Assembly: GCA_009780675.1 (NCBI GenBank)
Contig: WQZP01000003.1
Location: 27,427 to 91,426, forward strand
Origin: Spirochaetaceae bacterium
GTDB lineage: Bacteria; Spirochaetota; Spirochaetia; CADAEX01
DNA: 64,000 nt
Direction: 5' to 3'
Positions within the stretch are counted from its first letter, which is position 1. Every line of letters starts with the position of its first letter. The position numbers and the translations under genes are program-made. A model generated the notes under the pieces. It ran no database searches, was not told where the DNA came from, and worked only from the letters and a program-made list of their open reading frames with translations. Below, piece by piece: positions 42,405 through 52,245 of the stretch.

Positions 42405-45400
42405 TTAAAAATTGGTTCCCTGTCTGTTTATAAGTTCTTCGTCACGTTCTGTAAGAGGGACCTGTCTGCCTCTTGAATCCCAAATCGAGATATCAAGAGC
42501 TAATCCTCTTAATTCCTGAACAATTACATTAAATGCTTCAGGAATACCTGCGGCAGAGTTTGGCTCTCCTTTTACAATGCTTTCATATATTTTTGCTCTT
42601 CCTGCCATATCATCTGATTTAATTGTGATGAATTCCTGGAGTGTATTTGCCGCGCCATAAGCTTCAAGCGCCCACACTTCCATTTCTCCAAGTCTCTGTC
42701 CACCAAACTGCGCTTTTCCACCAAGTGGCTGTTGCGTAACAAGCGAGTAAGGGCCAGTAGATCTTGCATGCATTTTGTCATCAACAAGGTGATGCAGTTT
42801 AAGCATATAAACACACCCTACCATTACAGGGTTTTCAAATGGCTCACCTGTCAACCCATCATACAGTACTGTTTTTGATGTTCCGGGAAGGTCTGCGCTT
42901 TCAAGTTTTTTTGTAATCATTTCATTTGTTGCAGACTGAAACACCGGAGTTGCATATTTCTCGCCAAGAGCAAAACCTGCCCAGCCAAGACTTGCTTCCA
43001 TAAGCTGCCCAAGGTTCATACGGGATGGAACACCAAGAGGATTAAGACAGATATCTACAGGAGTACCATTAGCCATATACGGCATATCTTCTTCTGCCAA
43101 AACTCTTGCAACTACACCTTTATTTCCATGTCGGCCAGCCATTTTATCCCCTTCCTGGAGTTTTCTTTTTGTTGCTATAAGTATTTTTACAACTTCATCT
43201 ACTCCTGGATTAAGGTCATCGCCTTCTGCGCGCTTTAGTCTTTGTATATCTATTACAGTTCCCTCTACTCCGTGAGGAACTTTTAGCGAAGTATCTCTGA
43301 CTTCTTTTGCTTTTTCACCAAAAATTGAATTAAGAAGTTTGAATTCCGGAGTTGTTTCTGTTTCAGATTTAGGAGTTACTTTTCCAACCAGAATATAGCC
43401 GGATTTTACCTTGGCGCCAATTCTTATGATCCCTTCTTCATCAAGATGCTCAAGAGCTTTTTCGCCTGTGTTTGGAATATCTCTTGTAAGTTTTTCTGTA
43501 CCAAGCTTTGTTTCTCTTACTTCCAGAATAAATTCTTTTATGTGGATTGAAGAAAAAATATCTTCTTTAACTACTTTTTCAGATATAAGAATAGCATCTT
43601 CGTAGTTGTAGCCATTCCATGGAAGGAAAGCAACAAGAACATCGCGCCCAAGAGCAAGCTCACCATGAGATGTCGCAGGGCCGTCAGCTATAACTTCCCC
43701 TTTTTCAACTTTTTGTCCTACTTTTACAAGAGGTTTTTGAGTAAAACAGGTGTCCTGGTTTGTCCTCTGGTTTTTAAGCAGTTTATAAAAGTCTTCTTTT
43801 TTATCTTCGTTTTTAATAATAACTTTTTCGGAACTTACATAAGTTACAACACCTGCTTCTTTTGCTTTCTTTACAACACCTGAATCATAAGCTGTTTTCG
43901 CCTCCATTCCTGTACCTACAATAGGAGAGCTTGGAAAAAGAAGCGGCACTGCCTGCCTCATCATGTTTGAACCCATGAGAGCTCTATTGGCATCATCATG
44001 TTCAAGAAATGGGATAAGCGATGTTGAAACAGAAATTACCTGCTTGGGAGAAACATCCATGTACTGGATACCAACAGGCTCTCTTGTTGTATAGCCTCCT
44101 GCTCTTCTTACAGAAACCTGATCTGCAAGAAATTTCCCCTTATTGCTGATTTGTGCATTTGCCTGCGCAATATAATATTTTTCTTCATCAATTGCAGAAA
44201 GATATTCTACATCTTTTGTTGCAACGCCATTAGCAACTTTGCGGTATGGTGTTTCAAGAAATCCGTAGTCATTTACTTTTGTATAGTTTGCAAGTGAAAC
44301 AATAAGACCAATGTTTGGGCCTTCCGGAGTTTCTATAGGACACATTCTGCCATAATGAGTATAGTGGACATCCCTTACTTCAAAACCTGCTCTGTCTCTT
44401 GAAAGACCTCCAGGCCCTAATGCATTAAGCCTTCTTTTATGGGTAAGCTCTGCCAAAGGGTTAACCTGATCCATGAACTGAGAAAGCTGGCTTGAACCAA
44501 AAAACTCTTTTATTGCTGCCACAATAGGTTTAATGGAAACAATATCCTGTGGCTTTATTGTGTCTGTTTCTTTTAAAGACATTCTCTCTTTTGCAATTCT
44601 TTCCATTCTTACAAAAGCTGTCTTTAAATGATTTGCAAGAAGTTCACCTACAGACCTTACTCTTCTGTTTCCAAGATGGTCTATATCATCAACATTTTCT
44701 TCTTCTATATACACTTTTATTAAAAAGCGCATAGTGTTTATAACATCTTCTTTTATAAGTATTTGCTCTTCAACCGGTGGGTTATAATCATATTTTTTGT
44801 TTAACTTATAACGACCAACTTTTCCTAAATCATATCTCCTGGCAGAGAAAAACATCATTTTGAGGTCTTTTTCCGCGCTTTCTACAGTTATAGGTTCTAC
44901 TGGAAGAAGAACAGCATAAACAGCAGATAGAGCATCTTCTTTTGTTGGCTCATCGGTTTCTGAATTATCTCTTACATATTTTATATCTTCCATCTCAAAA
45001 CAATTAAGAATTATGTTTGAGCGGAGAGAGTTTTCATCTTCAAAATCTATTATTTCAATCTCTTCTACACCTGAATGGATGAGTTCGTCGATATCATGTA
45101 AAAGGATTTTTTCGCCTGCCCTGTAAAGCTTTTTTTCTTCACCAGATTCAGTTTTTCCAAAAATAGGTTTCGAAGGGATCGCTCCGATAAGTTTTTCTTT
45201 TTCTTCTGCTACAGCGCTTATTTTTACTTTTTTTGTTTTATAGAAAAACGATATTATCTGTTCACGAGTATCAAAGCCCAAAGCTCTTAGAAAAATTGTG
45301 CCCAGAATTCTTTTCTTTCTATCTATCTTTGCGTAAATTAAATCTTTTTTATGCTCTATTTCGAATTCAAGCCATGACCCTTTATAAGGAATTATCCTTG

Positions 45401-45896
45401 AAGAAAAAACCCCTTTATCATAAGAAAATATAACACCCGGAGACCTGTGAATCTGGCTTATAACAACTCTTTCTGCGCCATTTACTATAAAAGTTCCCCG
45501 TTCTGTCATTAAAGGGATATCGCCAATATAGATTAGTTTTTGCCTAATCTCGCCTGTTTCCTGAAAAATAAGATTGATTTTTGCTTTGAGGGGGACAGCA
45601 TATGTTACGCCTTTCTGTTTACATTCAAATTCATCTAGTTTTATACCCTCTTCATCCAGAACATACTTGGTATATTCCAGAAGCATATCGCCGTTTGGGC
45701 TTTCTATTGGAAAAACACTTTGAAAAACCTCTTCCAGTCCTTGATCAAGCAGAGATTCCCCTCTAATGAGTCTCTCGCGCTGAAGAAATCTTTCGTATGA
45801 AGCTAACTGGATATCAACAAGTCCTGGAATATCCATTACTTCATTATACTCTTTCCCAATATATTGCCGCTTAATAGCCTTAGACCTATCAAGCAT
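42405..45896 (-). CDS. rpoB: DNA-directed RNA polymerase subunit beta
   Basis: The start is set at the ATG 45894-96 ([17 protein letters not shown]...) with a GGGGGG SD. The track ORF begins with TTG 8 codons upstream. Confidence 0.96.
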   Translation of the reverse strand: MLDRSKAIKRQYIGKEYNEVMDIPGLVDIQLASYERFLQRERLIRGESLLDQGLEEVFQSVFPIESPNGDMLLEYTKYVLDEEGIKLDEFECKQKGVTYAVPLKAKINLIFQETGEIRQKLIYIGDIPLMTERGTFIVNGAERVVISQIHRSPGVIFSYDKGVFSSRIIPYKGSWLEFEIEHKKDLIYAKIDRKKRILGTIFLRALGFDTREQIISFFYKTKKVKISAVAEEKEKLIGAIPSKPIFGKTESGEEKKLYRAGEKILLHDIDELIHSGVEEIEIIDFEDENSLRSNIILNCFEMEDIKYVRDNSETDEPTKEDALSAVYAVLLPVEPITVESAEKDLKMMFFSARRYDLGKVGRYKLNKKYDYNPPVEEQILIKEDVINTMRFLIKVYIEEENVDDIDHLGNRRVRSVGELLANHLKTAFVRMERIAKERMSLKETDTIKPQDIVSIKPIVAAIKEFFGSSQLSQFMDQVNPLAELTHKRRLNALGPGGLSRDRAGFEVRDVHYTHYGRMCPIETPEGPNIGLIVSLANYTKVNDYGFLETPYRKVANGVATKDVEYLSAIDEEKYYIAQANAQISNKGKFLADQVSVRRAGGYTTREPVGIQYMDVSPKQVISVSTSLIPFLEHDDANRALMGSNMMRQAVPLLFPSSPIVGTGMEAKTAYDSGVVKKAKEAGVVTYVSSEKVIIKNEDKKEDFYKLLKNQRTNQDTCFTQKPLVKVGQKVEKGEVIADGPATSHGELALGRDVLVAFLPWNGYNYEDAILISEKVVKEDIFSSIHIKEFILEVRETKLGTEKLTRDIPNTGEKALEHLDEEGIIRIGAKVKSGYILVGKVTPKSETETTPEFKLLNSIFGEKAKEVRDTSLKVPHGVEGTVIDIQRLKRAEGDDLNPGVDEVVKILIATKRKLQEGDKMAGRHGNKGVVARVLAEEDMPYMANGTPVDICLNPLGVPSRMNLGQLMEASLGWAGFALGEKYATPVFQSATNEMITKKLESADLPGTSKTVLYDGLTGEPFENPVMVGCVYMLKLHHLVDDKMHARSTGPYSLVTQQPLGGKAQFGGQRLGEMEVWALEAYGAANTLQEFITIKSDDMAGRAKIYESIVKGEPNSAAGIPEAFNVIVQELRGLALDISIWDSRGRQVPLTERDEELINRQGTNF

Positions 45897-45953
45897 TAAC
45901 TTATACCCCCCTGATAACAAATATACCGCCAGCTTTATACTGTCGGCATAACT

Positions 45954-45980
45954 TATACCTCTATAATTTATAGAGGTATA
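45954..45980 (-). terminator. 13-bp perfect palindrome between rplL and rpoB (candidate partial terminator/attenuator)
   Basis: tatacctctataa-t-ttatagaggtata. An attenuator at this position is known in E. coli (established knowledge). Confidence 0.45.
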
Positions 45981-46013
45981 GTATGAGAAAAATAGGTTGT
46001 TTTAAAATAATAA

Positions 46014-46400
46014 CTATTTAACTTCAACAACCGCGCCAGCTGCTTCCAGCTTTTCTTTAATTGCTTTAGCTTCTTCTTTAGAAACACCTTCTTTAACTTT
46101 TTGAGGAGCTCCCTCCACCAAATCCTTTGCTTCTTTTAGACCAAGTCCTGTGATTGCTCTTACTTCTTTGATAACAGGAATTTTCTTGCTGTCATCGATT
46201 TTTGCAAGAACTACATCAAACTCAGTTTGTTCATCAGCCGCGCTTGCTCCTGCGCCTGCAGCTGCTGCTGGCGCTGCTGCAACTGCTACTGGAGCTGCTG
46301 CTGTAACACCAAACTTTTCTTCCATTGCTTTTATAAGTTCTGATACTTCAAGAACTGTCATGTTAGCAATTGCTTCAAGAATTTCATCTTTTTTAGCCAT
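46014..46400 (-). CDS. rplL: 50S ribosomal protein L7/L12
   Basis: [32 protein letters not shown]..., with an Ala/Pro hinge. Confidence 0.95.
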   Translation of the reverse strand: MAKKDEILEAIANMTVLEVSELIKAMEEKFGVTAAAPVAVAAAPAAAAGAGASAADEQTEFDVVLAKIDDSKKIPVIKEVRAITGLGLKEAKDLVEGAPQKVKEGVSKEEAKAIKEKLEAAGAVVEVK

Positions 46401-46481
46401 ATTATCTTCTCCTTATCTTTTGTTTCAGCAGTAGCATGGCAAGTGGAAGACTAATGCTGAATATATAATAAGCCGTAGCGC

Positions 46482-47018
46482 TTACTTACCTTCCTTCTGA
46501 TCAGCAACAGCCTGTATTGTTCTCACAAGCTTCTGAAGAGGAGCATTAATAACAAAAACAAGATTTTGTATAGGCGCTTTCATAGTACCCATAAGGCTTG
46601 ATATAAGTTCGAGCTTTGTAGGAAGCTTTGAAAAAGCTTCAAGCTGCTGCATATCAAAAACATTGCCGTCTATTATGCCGCCCTTTACCTGCACAGGCGC
46701 TTCTTTTGAAAAATCAAAAAGAGCTTTTACTACAGGGCTTGCTTCCCCTCTTAGCATTGCTATTGCAGAAGGGCCTACAAGAAAATTATCAAGTCCTGCA
46801 ACACCTTCATTGTTAAAAGCAATTTTTGCATATCTGTTTTTAACAACCTTATACTCTGTGTTTAATTCTCTTAATTTTCTTCTTAAATTTGTTATCTGTT
46901 CAACTGTAAGACCTCTGTAATCAGTTACAACAAAATCTTTTACATTTTCAATTTTTGTTTTTATTTCAGAAACAGCCTCTACCTTAGCGGGCTGTACTTT
47001 TGTTACATGTTCTGCCAT
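46482..47018 (-). CDS. rplJ: 50S ribosomal protein L10
   Basis: 178 aa; lies between rplA and rplL. Confidence 0.92.
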   Translation of the reverse strand: MAEHVTKVQPAKVEAVSEIKTKIENVKDFVVTDYRGLTVEQITNLRRKLRELNTEYKVVKNRYAKIAFNNEGVAGLDNFLVGPSAIAMLRGEASPVVKALFDFSKEAPVQVKGGIIDGNVFDMQQLEAFSKLPTKLELISSLMGTMKAPIQNLVFVINAPLQKLVRTIQAVADQKEGK

Positions 47019-47030
47019 ATCTTAATCCTT

Positions 47031-47708
47031 TTACGCAGTCTTAAAATCTATTTTCACGCCTGGGCCCATTGTAGAAGAAACCGAAACTGAAAGGAAAAAG
47101 TCTCCTTTCGTATCTGATGGTTTTTTTCTTTCAACCTCAGTAATTACTGCTCTGATATTTTCCACAATCTGATTTACTTCGCTCGATACTTTGCCTACTG
47201 CAAGGTGAAGAACTCCACCCTTATCAGACCTGAATTCAACACGCCCTTTTTGAAGCTCAGCCAATGCTTCTTTTATATTGAAAGTAACTGTTTGTGTTTT
47301 TGGGTTAGGCATTAGCCCTCTTCTTCCCAAAACAGGTCCAAGCCGGCCTACATCCTTCATCATATCTGGTGTAGCTACCGCAATATCAAAATCAAGCCAG
47401 CCATCTTTAATTTTTTCAACAAGATCAGTATCTCCAACGTATGCAGCGCCAGCAGCTTTTGCTTCTTCTGCTTTATCGCCTTTCGCGAAAACAAGGATTC
47501 TCTTTGCTCCTGTAAACTGATGTGGAAGAACAAGAGTATCTCTTACTCCCTGACTTTTTTTAAGTTTAAGCCTTATTGAAATCTCGACAGTTTCGTCAAA
47601 TTTGGCAAAAGCAACTTTTTTAACAATCCCTACTGCTTCTTCATAAGGATAGAGGTTTGTTTTATCGTATTGCTTTACTGCTTCGAGGTATTTTTTCCCT
47701 TTTTTCAT
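47031..47708 (-). CDS. rplA: 50S ribosomal protein L1
   Basis: 225 aa; shows L1 family similarity. Confidence 0.93.
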   Translation of the reverse strand: MKKGKKYLEAVKQYDKTNLYPYEEAVGIVKKVAFAKFDETVEISIRLKLKKSQGVRDTLVLPHQFTGAKRILVFAKGDKAEEAKAAGAAYVGDTDLVEKIKDGWLDFDIAVATPDMMKDVGRLGPVLGRRGLMPNPKTQTVTFNIKEALAELQKGRVEFRSDKGGVLHLAVGKVSSEVNQIVENIRAVITEVERKKPSDTKGDFFLSVSVSSTMGPGVKIDFKTA

Positions 47709-47710
47709 GT

Positions 47711-48142
47711 TTATGCCTCCACCTCTACGCCCATGCTTCTTGCTGTTCCTGCTATGGTTTTCATAGCTGCATCAACATCATTTGCATTTAAATCAGGCAT
47801 TTTTGTTTCTGCTACTTTTTTAAGAGCTGCTTTTGATATTTTCGCAACTTTTACCTTGTGTGGTTCAGCAGACCCTTTATCCAGACTGCATGCTTTTTTG
47901 ATTAGAACTGCAGCAGGAGGTGTTTTTGTGATAAATGTAAATGTTTTATCACCATAAACTGTAATAACAACAGGTGTCGCAATCCCAGGCTCCATGCTTT
48001 TTGTTCTGTCATTAAACTGCTGAACAAACTGCGGAGCGCTAACACCATGAGGACCAAGCGCAGGCCCTACAGGAGGCGCTGGAGTTGCTTTACCGGCCGG
48101 AACTTGCAGCTTGATTATAGCTGTTATTTTTTTCTTGGCCAT
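47711..48142 (-). CDS. rplK: 50S ribosomal protein L11
   Basis: [30 protein letters not shown]... Confidence 0.95.
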   Translation of the reverse strand: MAKKKITAIIKLQVPAGKATPAPPVGPALGPHGVSAPQFVQQFNDRTKSMEPGIATPVVITVYGDKTFTFITKTPPAAVLIKKACSLDKGSAEPHKVKVAKISKAALKKVAETKMPDLNANDVDAAMKTIAGTARSMGVEVEA

Positions 48143-48149
48143 TTATTTC

Positions 48150-48285
48150 TCCAAAATGTGGTGTAAAAGGTATGCTACGCAAACCTTTTGTTCGCTTCCT
48201 CGCTCGGTAATGTGCAAGCAATCCTTGCCCGCTACTCTCGCTACGTCAGCGAATAACGTTCCCTAAAAGGAAACTCCCATATTTA
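48150..48285 (-). promoter_or_regulatory. structured, locally GC-rich 5' leader of rplK-rplA (candidate L1 autoregulatory binding site)
   Basis: Nested stems (cgcug..agcg, gcaag..cuugc) in a region much more GC-rich than its surroundings. The 64-aa ORF drawn here by the track is probably spurious. Confidence 0.35.
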
Positions 48286-48287
48286 AA

Positions 48288-48304
48288 CCGGTAAAACTTA
48301 CCGG
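48288..48304 (-). terminator. hairpin ccgguaa-guu-uuaccgg followed by UUUAAAU downstream of nusG (weak terminator)
   Basis: 7-bp stem read directly from the sequence. Confidence 0.3.
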
Positions 48305-48404
48305 AAAACAATCCTGAAATTTTCCAGAATTTATTTTATCTATAAAATTGACGTGCTTCGCAAGCCAATTTTGTTTGTCTTCTTTTCGCTCAGTCATGCT
48401 TGTG

Positions 48405-48959
48405 CTACAACTGTTCAACTTGCGCAAAATCAACTTCAACAGGTGTTGCTCTTCCAAAAATACCTACAACAACCCTTAGCTTTCCTTTTTCTGTATTAAC
48501 TTCATCAATTTTTCCTGTAAAAGTATCAAAAGGTCCGCCGATGATTTTAACTGATTCTCCAACATTAAACACTTGCTTTGATTTTATATGTCTTGTGGCT
48601 TTAATATCCCCTGTTTTCTGCAGAATAGTTCTCATTTCATCCGGAGATATTGGACTTGGCTTTACGCTTCCCAAAGCTCCAACAAAACCTGTTACTCCCT
48701 GGATTTTTCTTATCTCTGCACATACGTTTTTCCACCCTTTATCGGGCAAATTCATCTCAAGCAATATATATCCTGGTAAAAATTTTCTCGAAGAGATTTT
48801 CTTTTTACCATCTTTTATTTCAACAACTTCCTCTGAAGGTATTTTTATATCAAGAATATATTCAGAAAACTTCTGGTCTCCCATTAGCTTTCTTATATGC
48901 TTTTCTATTCTGCTTTCATAACCTGAATAGGCGTGAAGAACATACCAACCTTTTACCAT
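48405..48959 (-). CDS. nusG: transcription termination/antitermination factor NusG
   Basis: An NGN domain plus a KOW domain. Confidence 0.93.
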   Translation of the reverse strand: MVKGWYVLHAYSGYESRIEKHIRKLMGDQKFSEYILDIKIPSEEVVEIKDGKKKISSRKFLPGYILLEMNLPDKGWKNVCAEIRKIQGVTGFVGALGSVKPSPISPDEMRTILQKTGDIKATRHIKSKQVFNVGESVKIIGGPFDTFTGKIDEVNTEKGKLRVVVGIFGRATPVEVDFAQVEQL

Positions 48960-48989
48960 CTAAACCCCGCAACTATAACCTATCTATGG

Positions 48990-49190
48990 TTAGAAAATAA
49001 GATCTACCCCTATAATAAGCAGAAAATCTACTGCACCAAGAAGAAGGGCAAAAATAATGGTCGTAACAATAACTACTTTTGTAGATGCAGCAACATCTGC
49101 CCTGCTGGGCCAAATAACTTTTTTAAGTTCAGAATAACTTTCCTTAAAAAAACCTGCAATTCTACCTGTAAATCTGCCCATTTTACCCAT
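48990..49190 (-). CDS. secE: preprotein translocase subunit SecE
   Basis: 66 aa with a single C-terminal TM segment; sits upstream of nusG. Confidence 0.85.
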   Translation of the reverse strand: MGKMGRFTGRIAGFFKESYSELKKVIWPSRADVAASTKVVIVTTIIFALLLGAVDFLLIIGVDLIF

Positions 49191-49297
49191 AAAAACTCCT
49201 AAATTAGTGAAAAAATAAAATTGGCCTACTTTCCCATACCAATTTTATCAACATATTTTGCCAACCCATATATGATCTTCGCCAGCAATCAAAAAAA

Positions 49298-49371
49298 CAG
49301 GCCAGGCAGGACTCGAACCTGCAACATCCGGTTTTGGAGACCGGCGCTCTAGCCATTGGAGCTACTGACCT
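49298..49371 (-). tRNA. tRNA-Trp (anticodon CCA)
   Basis: Manually folded as a 74-nt cloverleaf, AGGTCAG..CTCCAAA..CTGGCCTG. The 3' CCA is not encoded. Confidence 0.85.
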
Positions 49372-49378
49372 AAAAATA

Positions 49379-49555
49379 TTATTTAATTTTAGTCTCTTTA
49401 TGCACAGTATGCTTTCTGTCAAACTTGCAATACTTACTAAATTCAAACTTTGCCTGTGAATTCTTTCTGTTTTTTGAGGTTGTATAATTTTTTCTTTTAC
49501 ACTCTGAACATTGAAGAGCAATAAGCTCAACATTTCCCTTTTTTTTAGATGCCAT
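49379..49555 (-). CDS. rpmG: 50S ribosomal protein L33 (Cys4 form)
   Basis: MASKKKGNVELIALQCSECKRKNYTTSKNRKNSQAKFEFSKYCKFDRKHTVHKETKIK. The track ORF is over-extended through the tRNA-Thr gene. Confidence 0.88.
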   Translation of the reverse strand: MASKKKGNVELIALQCSECKRKNYTTSKNRKNSQAKFEFSKYCKFDRKHTVHKETKIK

Positions 49556-49612
49556 ATCAGAATCTCCCGGGTATATATAATAAACTGGAACCCCAGCATT
49601 TTTTAATTCAAC

Positions 49613-49685
49613 AGCCCTCGACCGGACTTGAACCGGTGACCCCCTCCTTACCATGGAGGTACTCTACCGACTGAGCTACAAGGGC
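49613..49685 (-). tRNA. tRNA-Thr (anticodon GGT)
   Basis: Manually folded as a 73-nt cloverleaf, GCCCTTG..CCTCC-ATGGTAA-GGAGG..CGAGGGCT. Confidence 0.85.
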
Positions 49686-49720
49686 ATACCTGTTCTGCCA
49701 CGTCGAATGAAGAACGAGAA

Positions 49721-49749
49721 AAAATAACAAATATGTTCATTTTTGTCAA
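49721..49749 (-). promoter_or_regulatory. putative sigma-70 promoter for tRNA-Thr-rpmG-tRNA-Trp-secE-nusG
   Basis: Minus strand TTGACA-17 nt-TATTTT, about 35 nt upstream of the tRNA-Thr 5' end. Confidence 0.35.
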
Positions 49750-49798
49750 TAGATTATGCGATTTAATTGTTTAAAATATATGCTTCTTTTGTGCCAAC

Positions 49799-52108
49799 CT
49801 ACCATTTTATTTCAAAAGAAACCCCTTTTCCTGGGGATGTTTCCAGCAGTAGTGATCCCCTAAGGCTTTGTGTGACCAAATTATAGACAATATGCATCCC
49901 AAGCCCGCTCCCTCCAGAGCCTCTTTTTGTAGTAAAAAATGGATCAAATATCTTATCTTTTGTATCTTCATCCATTCCAATTCCATTATCATTATATCGC
50001 AAGACTGCTTTATCATTGTCTATATCTACGTCTATTTTTATTTCTCCGCTTTCTATACCTTCAAATCCATGTGTTAAAGAGTTCATAACAAGATTTGTAA
50101 TTATCTGCGACAAGGCTCCGGGCATACTTTCTATAACAACATCGTCCTTACCACTTACCATTACCTGATGTTTTGTTTTCTTGATAGCAGGCTGAAGAGT
50201 TAAAAGCACTTCGTTAATATATTCTTTTAAATTAAAAGTTCTTTTTTCCTGACTTGCCTGATCAACAGCAACTTTTTTAAAGCCGCTAATATGTTCAGAT
50301 GCTCTTTCAAGATTATCAAATAATACCTTTGCAGACTCTGTTGCGGTTTTTATATAGCTATCAAGCTCGGAACGCTTCATGGTACCCTGGTGAAATTTTT
50401 CATTTAATGTGTCTGTTTGCTGTTTTAGATAAGATATAGCAGTAACACTTATACCAATAGGGGTGTTTATCTCATGCGCAACCCCTGCAACAAGCACTGC
50501 AAGAGATGCCATTTTTTCTGCTTCAACAAGGCTTTTTTGTGTTTCCTGCAGCTTTATAAGCGATTCTTTTAACGCAATGTTCGAATCTTCCAGCTCCACT
50601 GTTCTTAATAAAACTCTCTGCTCAAGCTCTACATTTAGCTTTTCAAGCTCTTTCTGAGCTTTTTTGCGCTCTGTAACATCTCGGACAATTGCCAAAAGAT
50701 AATGGTCTTCCCCCAGATCAAGGTTTGAAAGGCTTATTTCTGAATAAAAGGAGCTGCCATCTTTTCTTAAATTTTTCCATTCAAAAAACTGAGGTATGCC
50801 ATTTTTAACTTCTTCCATATAATCGTCAAAAAGGCGCTCTGCATTTTCTTCAAATTCTTTTTCTGATATATCGCTTGGAGATAATGTTTTTAATTCTCCT
50901 TCTGTATATCCAAGTGTTTTAAGAGCTTTGTTATTAAAATTAACTATTTTATTATCTAATATTACAAGGATAACATCATTAGCTGTCTGAAAAACAGCCT
51001 GATACCTTGTTTCACTTAGCGCAAGTTCTTCTGTTCTTTGCTGTATTAAAATTTCCAGTTGCCTTGCATTTTCCTGTACTATTTTTTTCCTTGAAGCAAT
51101 TAACATAAAATTTATTATGATAAGATTAGACATAAGAGAAAATCCAAGAAGCATTAACTGAGCCTGAAAATCAAAAAGAGCCGCATTTACCTGTTTTTCT
51201 GTTGCAGTTAAAAGAAGTATAAGCCTTTGCCTTCCAATATTCAAAGAATTCCACGCAGCAAGCAGCTTATGCGATCTCCCGTCTTCATCAAGAAAAAACA
51301 AGTCCCCTGTGCCTATGGGCTGTCCCAACACTTCTTCTGAAAACATTCTTACTGTTTCAGGAGCAAGCAGATCTATAGTAAAAATATCCCTTCCTATATT
51401 CGCAGAGTTTTCATCAAAAAGTATTACTCCTGACCCTGTAAGAAAAGAACCTGCGCCATATTCACCCAAACCCATTGGAAACACATATCGATTTATTATT
51501 GGTTTCAAATCTACAACAATGCACAATAATCCTGCTATTCTACCTCTCTCATATATGGGAATTATACTTCCTATAAATTGATAATGATGGGATACATAAA
51601 GCTGGACACTCATAACATCTCTGCTTGATGCTCCAAAAGTTTGCCAATATTCTGTCAACCACATACTGCCTACAGATCTTGCGACATATTCTGCATCACC
51701 CCTTGCTGCATTGCTAAAAGCAATATTTCCCTGAGAATATGATATAAGAAAACCCACTACCTCTTGCTTGCTTGACTGAATAAACTGAAAAATGCGGTGC
51801 TTTTGGTGGTCTGTTCCTGAAGGTAAAAGATCTTCGCTAAAATAGTCCTGAGCAACTCTAAAAGTATAGAGCATTTCGTAGATACTTTCTTCTATTCCCT
51901 GTCTTGCGAGCAGAACCTGCAAAGCCTGGTGTTCGTTAAATATTTTTTCATTTCTGCTTATTGTCCATCCCTGTATCAGGAATGCAATATAAAAAAAAAC
52001 GCAAATAGCAGTTGCAGAGGTTATAATAAAATTTATTATTATTTTCTTGGGGAATACAAGATCGGAATACTTGAATATATGGCGCTGGCTGTCATAGTGA
52101 AGTGGCAT
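49799..52108 (-). CDS. sensor histidine kinase: 2 TM + extracytoplasmic domain + PAS + HisKA/HATPase
   Basis: Domains present: H-box AHEINTPIG, N-box ITNLVMNSLTHG, G1 NDNGIGMD, G2 GSGLGMHIV, and a PAS region (SETRYQAVFQTANDVI...). No receiver domain; no adjacent response regulator. Confidence 0.88.
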   Translation of the reverse strand: MPLHYDSQRHIFKYSDLVFPKKIIINFIITSATAICVFFYIAFLIQGWTISRNEKIFNEHQALQVLLARQGIEESIYEMLYTFRVAQDYFSEDLLPSGTDHQKHRIFQFIQSSKQEVVGFLISYSQGNIAFSNAARGDAEYVARSVGSMWLTEYWQTFGASSRDVMSVQLYVSHHYQFIGSIIPIYERGRIAGLLCIVVDLKPIINRYVFPMGLGEYGAGSFLTGSGVILFDENSANIGRDIFTIDLLAPETVRMFSEEVLGQPIGTGDLFFLDEDGRSHKLLAAWNSLNIGRQRLILLLTATEKQVNAALFDFQAQLMLLGFSLMSNLIIINFMLIASRKKIVQENARQLEILIQQRTEELALSETRYQAVFQTANDVILVILDNKIVNFNNKALKTLGYTEGELKTLSPSDISEKEFEENAERLFDDYMEEVKNGIPQFFEWKNLRKDGSSFYSEISLSNLDLGEDHYLLAIVRDVTERKKAQKELEKLNVELEQRVLLRTVELEDSNIALKESLIKLQETQKSLVEAEKMASLAVLVAGVAHEINTPIGISVTAISYLKQQTDTLNEKFHQGTMKRSELDSYIKTATESAKVLFDNLERASEHISGFKKVAVDQASQEKRTFNLKEYINEVLLTLQPAIKKTKHQVMVSGKDDVVIESMPGALSQIITNLVMNSLTHGFEGIESGEIKIDVDIDNDKAVLRYNDNGIGMDEDTKDKIFDPFFTTKRGSGGSGLGMHIVYNLVTQSLRGSLLLETSPGKGVSFEIKW

Positions 52109-52245
52109 ACCAAAATTACCTCTTTATAGCTATAGTAATATTTTTTTAGAGTATAGCATATTCTATATTTTAAAAATATTTATTTTAATTACCTAAATGA
52201 AAATTTAATGTTTGGGGAATCTCTAAAAATAATTCCTGATAAATT

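Noticed and set aside
48263-48457. 64-aa ORF in the nusG-rplK spacer
   Set aside because: There is no SD and it overlaps the nusG stop region. The region looks like a structured RNA leader rather than coding sequence.
49204-49654. 131-aa and 91-aa track ORFs spanning tRNA-Trp, rpmG and tRNA-Thr
   Set aside because: They read through two tRNA genes. The real product is the 58-aa L33 starting at MASKKK.
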